NCBI GenBank assembly: GCA_016845345.1
Contig: JAERSV010000085.1
Location: forward strand, 17,832 to 81,831
DNA length: 64,000 nt
Direction of reading: 5' to 3'
DNA from: Methanobacteriota archaeon
GTDB lineage: Archaea > Thermoplasmatota > Poseidoniia > Poseidoniales > Thalassarchaeaceae
Shown: one piece after another, positions 36,539 through 44,876 of the stretch
How the letters are laid out: every line of letters starts with the position of its first letter
How positions within the stretch are numbered: the first letter of the stretch is position 1
Notes under the pieces: model-generated
What the model saw: the letters and a program-made list of their open reading frames with translations, nothing else
Told to the model about the DNA's origin: nothing
Databases searched by the model: none
Position numbers and translations under genes: made by a program

Positions 36539-38068
36539 ATGCAAGACCCGTTGTTGGAATTGTTAAATGAAATTCGGATGAATTCAGGACCACGCCGAAC
36601 CATTGGACTAATGGACAAGGTCGTCACAAATTTTGCAGCATCAGACCAGAATCTAGCAGACGCGATTTCAGAAGCGTCAATAAATCATAAAGAATACTCA
36701 GCACACTTTGGTCCTGAATTATTAATGATGGATGAATCAGAATTAATCCAAAGATTGCAATCTGATTTCATTAATTTCTATCCCGCTGCAACCGTCAATC
36801 CATATGTTGCTATATCTGCTCGTGGTCCTTGGATCGTCACATCCCATGGTGCAGTTCTACACGACAATGGCGGGTATGGAATGCTTGGAAGTGGGCACGG
36901 GCCTGACAATGTAATTAATGCAATGTCAAAAAATTGGGTAATGGCAAATGTGATGACAGCTTCATTTAGTCAGAAAAAGTTAGCAGATGCATTGCGAAAG
37001 GAGGTTGGTCATTCTCGTGGTGAGTGCCCTTTTTCAAAATTTATTTGCGTAAATAGTGGTTCAGAATCAGTTACACTTGGAATGCGAATTGCTGATGTTA
37101 ATTCCAATAATATGACTGGTCCAGGTGGCCGCCATGAAGGAAAACCGATAAAGATAGTTGCGCTAAAGCAGGGATTCCATGGACGAACACAAAGACCAGC
37201 ATCAATCTCAGATTCTTGCAAAAAAGGATACATCGATAATCTAGCTACTTTCCGTGAACGTGATAACATCATCATAGTTGAACCAAACAACATATGTGAT
37301 TTACAATCCGCATTTTCAAGAGCGGAGAAAGAGAAGTTCTTCATTGAATTGCTCGCCTTAGAACCTGTACAAGGAGAAGGGTCGCCTGGTCAATCGGTAA
37401 GCCGGGAATTTTATGATGAGGCTAGACGCCTAACTTCTGAACATGGAAGTATGTTGTTAGTTGATTCCATTCAGGCTGGGTTTCGTGGTAAAGGATGCCT
37501 TTCAATTGTTGATTACCCAGGTTTTCAAGACGCTGAAACACCTGACTTAGAGACTTGGTCAAAAGCACTCAATGCAGGACAATTTCCACTTTCCGTTGTA
37601 GGATTATCCGAGCGAGCTGCAGAATTATATGTTGTTGGAATCTATGGTAATACCATGACTACAAACCCTCGAGCCCTTGAGACAGCGATAGAAGTACTCA
37701 GCAAGATAACTCCTGAATTACGGGCTAACATTGTTGAAAAGGGTGATGAATTTCTAACAAAACTTGAAGAATTACAAGAAGAATTCCCTAAAGAAATCAC
37801 TTTGGTTCAAGGGTCAGGTTTGCTTCTGTGTGTAGAACTGGAACCTAAAACTCTCCCTGTTGTAGGCTTTGATTGTGTTGAAGAGTGGTGTAGATTGAAT
37901 GGGCTTGGTGTTATCCATGGAGGAAAGAATGCACTACGATTCACTCCTCATTTTGGTATAACTTCTGATGAGATAGATTTGATTATTGACGTGGTCAGGT
38001 CTTGTTTGATTGAATTTACAGTTGGTCAAAAGAACCCAGTTGCGAGAAGAGCACCCAATCCTCAATAA
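36539..38068 (+). CDS. Class-III (fold-type I) PLP-dependent aminotransferase with an N-terminal extension
   Basis: Matching blocks are NSGSESVTLGMRIA, GFHGRT, LLVDSIQAGFRGKG, SKALNAGQFPLS (candidate PLP lysine) and GNTMTTNP. The substrate is not assignable from the sequence alone. Confidence 0.8.
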   Translation: MQDPLLELLNEIRMNSGPRRTIGLMDKVVTNFAASDQNLADAISEASINHKEYSAHFGPELLMMDESELIQRLQSDFINFYPAATVNPYVAISARGPWIVTSHGAVLHDNGGYGMLGSGHGPDNVINAMSKNWVMANVMTASFSQKKLADALRKEVGHSRGECPFSKFICVNSGSESVTLGMRIADVNSNNMTGPGGRHEGKPIKIVALKQGFHGRTQRPASISDSCKKGYIDNLATFRERDNIIIVEPNNICDLQSAFSRAEKEKFFIELLALEPVQGEGSPGQSVSREFYDEARRLTSEHGSMLLVDSIQAGFRGKGCLSIVDYPGFQDAETPDLETWSKALNAGQFPLSVVGLSERAAELYVVGIYGNTMTTNPRALETAIEVLSKITPELRANIVEKGDEFLTKLEELQEEFPKEITLVQGSGLLLCVELEPKTLPVVGFDCVEEWCRLNGLGVIHGGKNALRFTPHFGITSDEIDLIIDVVRSCLIEFTVGQKNPVARRAPNPQ

Positions 38069-38115
38069 TGTGTCGTGCAAATTAGAATGTGTCAAAAGTG
38101 CATGAAGGTGGTACG

Positions 38116-38778
38116 ATGCCAAATATGGTGACTCTTCAGGGAGAAGATGATGTTTTCTTTTTGTTACTAAAAGAGAGACTTGAGAGAATAAATATCAATA
38201 CAGATTCCCCCGATGGCGTCCACATTGTATGTTGGCATTCAGGCCCGGCGGTAGATTGTGATTTAGTAATCCGCCCATCAACAAGTAATCCTTACCCTCG
38301 TGAGGTTCATTGTGAAATGGTGTTACATGATTTGTACATTCCAAGTGGTTCTGGGGAGTGGGGACCAAAGGAGATTGAGCACCAACTATTGTGGTTAAAC
38401 AACCCCTCTAGTGAAAGACCTCAAGGTGTTGCAAGGTACTGGATTCATGTCCGTGACGTAGTGGATATGATTTCGGTGTTATTCGATGACCTGCCGAAAG
38501 GCAAGATCGATATTTGTGGCAGGCGTTGCTGGAGCCATGAAGCAATGTCAAGTGAATTAGAGATGCTTTTCAATAGAGTAAGAGCCGCGGAATCAAAGAC
38601 TTTTGAATTGGAGAATTTGAAAATTTTTGAGCCTAATACCGAGCCAATGGTTTCACCACCTAGGCCTAACCTTGGCCCACTTCATACCGCTTACCAAAAG
38701 GTTGGATTGAAGGGATGGCACCCAGTAGTTCCCTTTAGAATCGGTTTGATGGAATGTATTGCTCATCAATTGCCGTAG
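38116..38778 (+). CDS. Hypothetical protein resembling a truncated NAD-dependent epimerase/dehydratase that lacks the GxxGxxG motif
   Basis: ARYWIHVRDVVDMISVLFD and the C-terminal LHTAYQKVGLKGWHPVVPFRIGLMECI resemble extended-SDR epimerase blocks. The N-terminus VTLQGEDDVFFLLLKERL sits where the glycine-rich NAD loop should be. I chose ATG 38116 (GGTGG upstream); the track start is GTG at 38089. Confidence 0.45.
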   Translation: MPNMVTLQGEDDVFFLLLKERLERININTDSPDGVHIVCWHSGPAVDCDLVIRPSTSNPYPREVHCEMVLHDLYIPSGSGEWGPKEIEHQLLWLNNPSSERPQGVARYWIHVRDVVDMISVLFDDLPKGKIDICGRRCWSHEAMSSELEMLFNRVRAAESKTFELENLKIFEPNTEPMVSPPRPNLGPLHTAYQKVGLKGWHPVVPFRIGLMECIAHQLP

Positions 38779-38793
38779 TGTAATTTAGTAGAT

Positions 38794-39807
38794 TTATTCC
38801 TCTGCAAAGAGACTTGCTCCTAACAGTGGCAAGAGTAAGGAGGCATCGCCTTCAACTACAATTTGGGGTGCATCTGCACGAATTTTCCCCCAACTTATTG
38901 CTTCTTTGAGTCTTGCACCTGATAATGAACCATCATGCTCCGGTGCAGTAGTAATTTGCACTGCAGAATCCAAACCTCCCCGATATTGGTTCCACCAGAT
39001 AACATGGTGTTTTGAGATACCACCTCCCACCATTAGAGCGTGTGATGAATCTGTGGTCCAAATCAAGTCTGAGAGAATTTGTTGATCTTCTAATAAATCA
39101 AGATTGAAGTCTCTTGCTTTTTGTCGATGCATGAATAATTGAGCCCCAATAGAACCATCATATATCCCTGGGATAATAATTGGAATCCTATGTTTAGCAG
39201 CCCAATGGAGTAAACTCGATTCATCATCAATCCTGTCCCCCAAAGCCCAACATAATTCTACACTTCCGAATCCTTGCCATGGGTTTTCAGGGTTTGCCGT
39301 TCGCCTTTCATCGTCAATTTCTTGTAATATTGGCATTACAATTTTTTCGATAATATCACCATAACTTGCATTCGGAACAATAACGTTTCCAAGTCGATTA
39401 AGACCATGTTCACCGAGTTCTACATCATCTAACTCAAATGCACCATGATAGTAATCACTGAAACTCCGAGCGATGTCATGGTCAAGTGTTCCACAAGTTG
39501 TCACAACTACATTGAACCGCTTTCTTTTCAAAGCTTCAACGAAAAATCCACGTGTCCCGGTAGCACATAGGCAGGCGGGAAAAGAAAGCCAGTTCAATTG
39601 ACTAGACCCTTCTTCACTCAATGATTCATCATATTGCTGAAACATCTCCTTTAGAATGTCCCGTGCTAAAGCAAGTTTAGTCGCTGTAAAACCACCAGCC
39701 GTAGCCATCTGGTCCAACAGTTTGGAGGCGTTTTCAGTTGATGAAAAATCGTAATCAACCACAGGCAAATCAAAGTCGTCTTGGTTGACCACGACATCAC
39801 CCGACAA
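38794..39807 (-). CDS. dys: Deoxyhypusine synthase
   Basis: The hallmark C-terminal block is LMVGGGISKHHVIWWNQYRGGLDSAVQITTAPEHDGSLSGARLKEAISWGKI. Also present are TTCGTLDHD and IPIIIPGIYDGSIG. The start is TTG (39807); there is no nearby ATG. Confidence 0.9.
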   Translation of the reverse strand: MSGDVVVNQDDFDLPVVDYDFSSTENASKLLDQMATAGGFTATKLALARDILKEMFQQYDESLSEEGSSQLNWLSFPACLCATGTRGFFVEALKRKRFNVVVTTCGTLDHDIARSFSDYYHGAFELDDVELGEHGLNRLGNVIVPNASYGDIIEKIVMPILQEIDDERRTANPENPWQGFGSVELCWALGDRIDDESSLLHWAAKHRIPIIIPGIYDGSIGAQLFMHRQKARDFNLDLLEDQQILSDLIWTTDSSHALMVGGGISKHHVIWWNQYRGGLDSAVQITTAPEHDGSLSGARLKEAISWGKIRADAPQIVVEGDASLLLPLLGASLFAEE

Positions 39808-39831
39808 GCCGCCTCAAAATGAATACAGCGG

Positions 39832-40743
39832 TTATTCACAGAGCCTCTCAATTTCTTTTATCACTTCATTTGCCACATCAATTCCAGTCGCTCTTTCGAT
39901 TCCCTCAAGTCCGGGAGATGAATTTACTTCCATCAATAATGGACCGCGACTTGACTCTAACAAATCTACGCCACCAAATTGGATGTTAAGTGATTTACAT
40001 GCATCAATACATATCCTCTCAATATCAGGTTCAAGTTCAAGTTGATCGCCAGTGCCACCTCGATGAATATTACTTCGGAAATCATCACCCTTTCCAGTTC
40101 TCCTCATCGCGGCTACTACCTTTTCACCCACTACAATTGCTCTGATGTCAGTGCCTTCTGATTCTGCGATGTATTCTTGAACAATTATTGGTTGATGTAA
40201 TCTAGCGAGGACATCAATTACTGATTCAGCGCTAGCAACTGTATCACAACGCATTACTCCGATTCCTTGAGTGCCCTCTAATAATTTTAGAACCACTGGA
40301 GGGCCCCCTACCGTTTTGATACAAGGATGTAAATCAGCCGCCCCTCTTGCGTATGCTGTTCTGGGCATTGGTAATTCAACTGCGGCAAAACGCTGTAGTG
40401 CACGCAATTTATCTCTGCTTGCTGCGATACCATTGCTTGGATTTAGGACGGGTACACCAGCGGCTTGGAATTGTCTGAGAATTGTTAATCCGTGTCGAGT
40501 AATTGAAGCCCCTATCCTTGGCACAATGCAATCCATTGGCTGAACAATTTTGTCACCATTGTAGAGCACAGTAGCCCCATCTGGAGATAAGTCAATTGTA
40601 CACCTCGTTGGATTGAGATAACTAACTCCATGACCTGCTCGTCGAGCAGCGGCCGCCAGCCTTGTAGTGCTGTATAATTCTGGACCTTGGGTCATGATGA
40701 CTATCTCGAGTCTCCGTCCCATAACCTGCCTTGAGAGGCTCAT
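39832..40743 (-). CDS. rimK: RimK-family ATP-grasp alpha-L-glutamate ligase
   Basis: Matching blocks are ASRDKLRALQ, PVVLKLLEGTQGIGV, VQEYIAESEGTDIRAIVVG, DFRSNIHRGG and GVDLLESSRGPLLMEVNSSPGLEGIERATGIDV. ATG is at 40743; the track start is TTG at 40752. Confidence 0.88.
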   Translation of the reverse strand: MSLSRQVMGRRLEIVIMTQGPELYSTTRLAAAARRAGHGVSYLNPTRCTIDLSPDGATVLYNGDKIVQPMDCIVPRIGASITRHGLTILRQFQAAGVPVLNPSNGIAASRDKLRALQRFAAVELPMPRTAYARGAADLHPCIKTVGGPPVVLKLLEGTQGIGVMRCDTVASAESVIDVLARLHQPIIVQEYIAESEGTDIRAIVVGEKVVAAMRRTGKGDDFRSNIHRGGTGDQLELEPDIERICIDACKSLNIQFGGVDLLESSRGPLLMEVNSSPGLEGIERATGIDVANEVIKEIERLCE

Positions 40744-40767
40744 TGTTTTCAAAATGACCGATTTAAC

Positions 40768-43167
40768 CTAGCCATTATTTTCCAATTGGAAAATTCGATC
40801 TCTCAATTGCGCAGCCTTCTCAAATTCAAGTCTAGTTGCCGCCAATTTCATCTGTTTTCTGAGTCTATCAAGTAGACGTTCTTTATCATCAGGAATCACA
40901 GAATCATCAACTGGTGTGATTGCCCCTTGTTCTTCCAAAATGGAAGACGCCACACTTGCCCAAGAGGGTTGGCTAACATTACTGACAGATTCTCCGTCCG
41001 AGCCCCATCCATCTGTACCAAGGTCAAACCGTTTTGCTAAATCTCTCTCATCTTTGATTTTCCCACTTTGACCCGTGGTCCCACCAACAAATCTCTTGCC
41101 TCCACTACTGCCTGTACCAGCAGTCCCAGCAAGCAGTTCCTCTGCTTCAATACCCATAGTTGGCAAATCTTTGACAATAGTTCTTGGAACGATGTCATTT
41201 TTTACATTGAAATCTTCCTGTCGTTTTCGTCTGTCAACGGTTTGTAAAATTGATGTGCTCATTGCATCTGACATTGAATCTGCATACAACAATACTCTGC
41301 CGTTTTCATTTCGCGAAGCCCGACCTATGGTTTGTAGTAGAGACCGTTCATTACGCAAAAATCCTTGACGGTCCGCATCAAAAATTGCTACTAACGAAAC
41401 CTCTGGGATGTCAAGCCCTTCCCGCAACAAATTAATTCCGACAATCACATCAATGTGCCCAATTCGTAAAGCCTTTATGATTTCAGACCTTTCAATCGTG
41501 TCGATTTCAGAATGAAGATAATGCGCTTTTACTCCCATTCTTTGTAGATAATTGGAAACTTCTTCTGCAAATTTTATAGTCAAAACTGTAACTAAAACCC
41601 GTTCACTATTCGAGACACATTTGTTTATCTCGTCCAGCAAATCTTGCACCTGCCCTTCTGTAGGACGGACTTCGATTTCAGGATCAAGCAACCCTGTGGG
41701 GCGAATTTCCATGCGAACAACCCCGTCAATTTTTTCAAGAGATTTTAGAATACTAGGGGTCTTTTTTGGTTTTTGCAGTTCAGGTTCAATAACCCCTCCA
41801 CCCCCGGGCACATGGAGTAACTCTTGGGGGACATTTTGTCCGGTTACCTCAGCAAGGTGTCGCAGTTCCCTTTCACCTGGTGTAGCTGAGACATAGAGCA
41901 TCTGTGGAACAAGATTTTGAAATTCATCTATGCGCAAGGGTCTGTTATCAGCCGCAGAAGGTAATCTGAAGCCGTGTTCAATCAAGGACAATTTTCGGGA
42001 ATGATCGCCAGCGTACATTCCTTTTAATTGGGGTAATGTCACATGGCTTTCATCCATGATTACCAGGAATTTTTCAGGAGACCCATGAAATTGTTTAGCA
42101 GTGGCAGCAAAGAAATCTAGCAAGCAGAACGGCCTTTCCCCATAGGTCCTGCCATCAAAATGCATAGAGTAATTTTCAATGGCTTTACAGTGGCCAGTTT
42201 CTCTGAGCATCTCTAATTCGAAAGTAGTCCTAGTTTCAAGCCTGTGGGCTTCCAATTCTTTGCCTTCTTTCTCAAGTTCATCTTTTCTTTCTGATAACTC
42301 AAATTCAATATCTTCCAACGCCTGAGCGAATCTTTCAGGGCTAGTCATGAAAAATTCTTTTGGATGAACCCAAGCCTCTTCTAGCTCATCAAGAGGCTCC
42401 CATGAAACAGCTTCACAAACCTGAATTCTTGTGACTCCATCAAAGTCAAAACGAATACGGAGTGGGTCATCTCGACTTGGCATCCAAACATCAACAACTT
42501 CCCCGCGGCAACGAATTTCTCCTCTAGAGATTTCACCGGTTACTCTTTGATACTGCAATTCAACCAACTGTTTGACTAAATCAAGTGGTTCAATCGCTTG
42601 GCCAACATATATTCTTGCATGTTGTTTTAGAAATGTTTCAGGCGGATTAAGTCCGTAAATAGAAGAGACCGTGCCGATGGTAATGACATCTGGTCGTGAT
42701 ACAAGCGATGCAACTGTCGCGAACCTTTCTTGCTCAATTCGTTCATTCATCTGAAGTTCTTTATCGATGTATAAGTCACGTTTGGGTAGGTATGCTTCTG
42801 GTTGGTAATAGTCGTAGTGACTAACGAAGTATTCAACAGCATTTTCTGGAAAAAGCGATGACATTTCTTGCCATAGTTGACGGGCCAGTGTCTTATTATG
42901 GCTGAGAATTAGCGTGGGAATATTCAGTCTTTCAATTATGTGTGCCATTGCGAAAGTTTTACCAGAGCCTGTGACCCCAAGAAGAACTGCTCTTTCCTGT
43001 GAATTATTGAATTGAGAAATTAATTTTTCAATTGCCTGTTTTTGGTCGCCTGCAGTATTGTATTCAGAGTGCAATCGAAAGCAGGCGACAGAGGGGTCTA
43101 GCCAGTCTGAAGCAGCGCCTTCAATAGCTTTAGACAAATCAAAATGGTCAGTTTCATTATTTGTCAT
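40768..43167 (-). CDS. uvrB: Excinuclease ABC subunit B (UvrB), with an extended Gly/Ser-rich linker before the UVR domain
   Basis: Matching blocks are Walker A GVTGSGKTFAMA, the beta-hairpin region YYQPEAY, DESHVT, LLREGLDIPEVSLVAIFDADRQGFLR and the C-terminal UVR motif LEFEKAAQLRDRIFQLE. Confidence 0.95.
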   Translation of the reverse strand: MTNNETDHFDLSKAIEGAASDWLDPSVACFRLHSEYNTAGDQKQAIEKLISQFNNSQERAVLLGVTGSGKTFAMAHIIERLNIPTLILSHNKTLARQLWQEMSSLFPENAVEYFVSHYDYYQPEAYLPKRDLYIDKELQMNERIEQERFATVASLVSRPDVITIGTVSSIYGLNPPETFLKQHARIYVGQAIEPLDLVKQLVELQYQRVTGEISRGEIRCRGEVVDVWMPSRDDPLRIRFDFDGVTRIQVCEAVSWEPLDELEEAWVHPKEFFMTSPERFAQALEDIEFELSERKDELEKEGKELEAHRLETRTTFELEMLRETGHCKAIENYSMHFDGRTYGERPFCLLDFFAATAKQFHGSPEKFLVIMDESHVTLPQLKGMYAGDHSRKLSLIEHGFRLPSAADNRPLRIDEFQNLVPQMLYVSATPGERELRHLAEVTGQNVPQELLHVPGGGGVIEPELQKPKKTPSILKSLEKIDGVVRMEIRPTGLLDPEIEVRPTEGQVQDLLDEINKCVSNSERVLVTVLTIKFAEEVSNYLQRMGVKAHYLHSEIDTIERSEIIKALRIGHIDVIVGINLLREGLDIPEVSLVAIFDADRQGFLRNERSLLQTIGRASRNENGRVLLYADSMSDAMSTSILQTVDRRKRQEDFNVKNDIVPRTIVKDLPTMGIEAEELLAGTAGTGSSGGKRFVGGTTGQSGKIKDERDLAKRFDLGTDGWGSDGESVSNVSQPSWASVASSILEEQGAITPVDDSVIPDDKERLLDRLRKQMKLAATRLEFEKAAQLRDRIFQLENNG

Positions 43168-43198
43168 ATTATCCGCTCACAATTGATTGCCCTTCAAT

Positions 43199-43927
43199 TT
43201 ATGGCCGGTATAATCCACCATTAACATGCAAAATTGCACCAGTAATGTAACTAGAATCATCAGACAAAAGGAATGAGATGACATTAGCAACTTCGTCTGG
43301 AGTCCCTAACCTACCCATTGGTATTGTTTCTTCTCTAGCAGTTCTTTTCTTAGGAGTATCATTCGCGACTAGATCAGTATTGATTGTCCCAGGGGCAACC
43401 ACGTTCACTCTCTGACCACTCGGAGCAATATCAATTGCGAGCGAACGGGCCCAGCCGTGCAATGCTCCTTTCGAAGCGGAATAATCAGCACCTGTAGCTG
43501 TTCCTTTAATTCCGAGTTGACTACCTAATACTACTATTGATGCATTCTTTGAGAGGTGTGGGGAGAGCGCTTTCCACACTAGGAATGAGCCGGTAAAATT
43601 GACGTTCATAGTTTGTTCTAATGCTTCAAGAGTTAGTTCCTCAGCTTTTCCACGTTCGTACATTGCATGATTCAATACAAGTGCGTCAACACCTTCTCGA
43701 ATCCATGGATGGTCTGCAAGAATCATAACCTCACCCGCATCAGAGCAGTCTACTTTTACCGCAACACAATCACACCCTATTTCTCTAACATCTGAGATGA
43801 CATTTTCAGCGGATTGGGAGTCCGTATGATATGTGATTATCAGTCTGTAACCCTCACTAGCAAGACGCCTTGATGTGGCGGCTCCAATACCTCTACTTCC
43901 ACCTGTGATGACTGCTAATTTCACCAT
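43199..43927 (-). CDS. Short-chain dehydrogenase/reductase (FabG-like)
   Basis: The cofactor motif is TGGSRGIGAAT, the NHAM motif is present, the catalytic motif is YSASKGAL, and the tail is PGTINTD. Confidence 0.88.
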   Translation of the reverse strand: MVKLAVITGGSRGIGAATSRRLASEGYRLIITYHTDSQSAENVISDVREIGCDCVAVKVDCSDAGEVMILADHPWIREGVDALVLNHAMYERGKAEELTLEALEQTMNVNFTGSFLVWKALSPHLSKNASIVVLGSQLGIKGTATGADYSASKGALHGWARSLAIDIAPSGQRVNVVAPGTINTDLVANDTPKKRTAREETIPMGRLGTPDEVANVISFLLSDDSSYITGAILHVNGGLYRP

Positions 43928-43936
43928 TTTATCACC

Positions 43937-44875
43937 TCAATCCTCTAACATTAAACCCCGGTCTGGTTCCATGAAAATTATCGCTACTAGAAGAACCCAT
44001 CCAGTCAACATGGAGACGCGGAACAGGGTTGTTTGGAAGTCATCAAACCTTTCACGAAGTAGTATTACTGCAATGTTCACAATTGCCATAACGCCAGCTG
44101 CGCCTAAGAACCAAATTCCATCCATGGGGTCGGAGATAGCGAAGCATGCGAACCATACTAGAGTCAGTTGTACAGATGTTCTAGTAGTAGTTTCTTCTGA
44201 GAAGTGGGATGGAAATGAATGGATGCCGTTTTCTCGATCACTCTCTACATCCATTCGTGCGTAGTTGATATCAAAAGCAGTTATCCAAAATGCAACCCCT
44301 AGCGAGATGAAGAAAATAGTTGGATACCAGAGATGCTCTGTATATCCATAGTGAAGTCCAGTAATTGCGGCCCAACCATGCACATCTGCTGCCACGGCAA
44401 CCCAAGCACCTGCTGGTGCAAGACCAAGGCACAAACCTAGCCACAAGTGACACAGCCAAGTGTAGCGCTTTGTGTATGGGTAGATAACGAAGGCTAAGAC
44501 GGGAAGCCAAGCCATCATCAGTGCAACTTCGTTAAGCGCCCAAGCGCCCAAAAGTAGCATTGTAAGGAAAATTGCGGATAGAATCCAAGCCGTTTGCAGG
44601 GACATATCTCCCGACACTAAATGACGGTTTGCAGTCCGTGGATTGGCCGCATCGACATTTCTGTCTATGATACGATTCAAGGTCATTGCAAGACCACGAG
44701 CTCCCACTGCCGCGATTAAAATCCAAACTAGGTCTATTCTTAACCATCCAAGTGCAGGGTCTGGAAGGTCATGCATGAATTGATAGTAAGCGAGGATATA
44801 CCCAATTAACACAAAGGGAAGGGAGAAGAGGGTATGCTCAATTTTCACGAATTCCAAAATTTGCTTAACACCCAT
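43937..44875 (-). CDS. UbiA-family aromatic prenyltransferase
   Basis: The first Asp-rich motif is NRIIDRNVDAANPRTANRHL. There are about 8-9 TM helices and a second acidic motif region YARMDVESD. ATG 44875 lies 1 nt past the UbiD stop codon (44877-44879); the track start at 44926 would overlap UbiD. Confidence 0.85.
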   Translation of the reverse strand: MGVKQILEFVKIEHTLFSLPFVLIGYILAYYQFMHDLPDPALGWLRIDLVWILIAAVGARGLAMTLNRIIDRNVDAANPRTANRHLVSGDMSLQTAWILSAIFLTMLLLGAWALNEVALMMAWLPVLAFVIYPYTKRYTWLCHLWLGLCLGLAPAGAWVAVAADVHGWAAITGLHYGYTEHLWYPTIFFISLGVAFWITAFDINYARMDVESDRENGIHSFPSHFSEETTTRTSVQLTLVWFACFAISDPMDGIWFLGAAGVMAIVNIAVILLRERFDDFQTTLFRVSMLTGWVLLVAIIFMEPDRGLMLED

Positions 44876-44876
44876 A

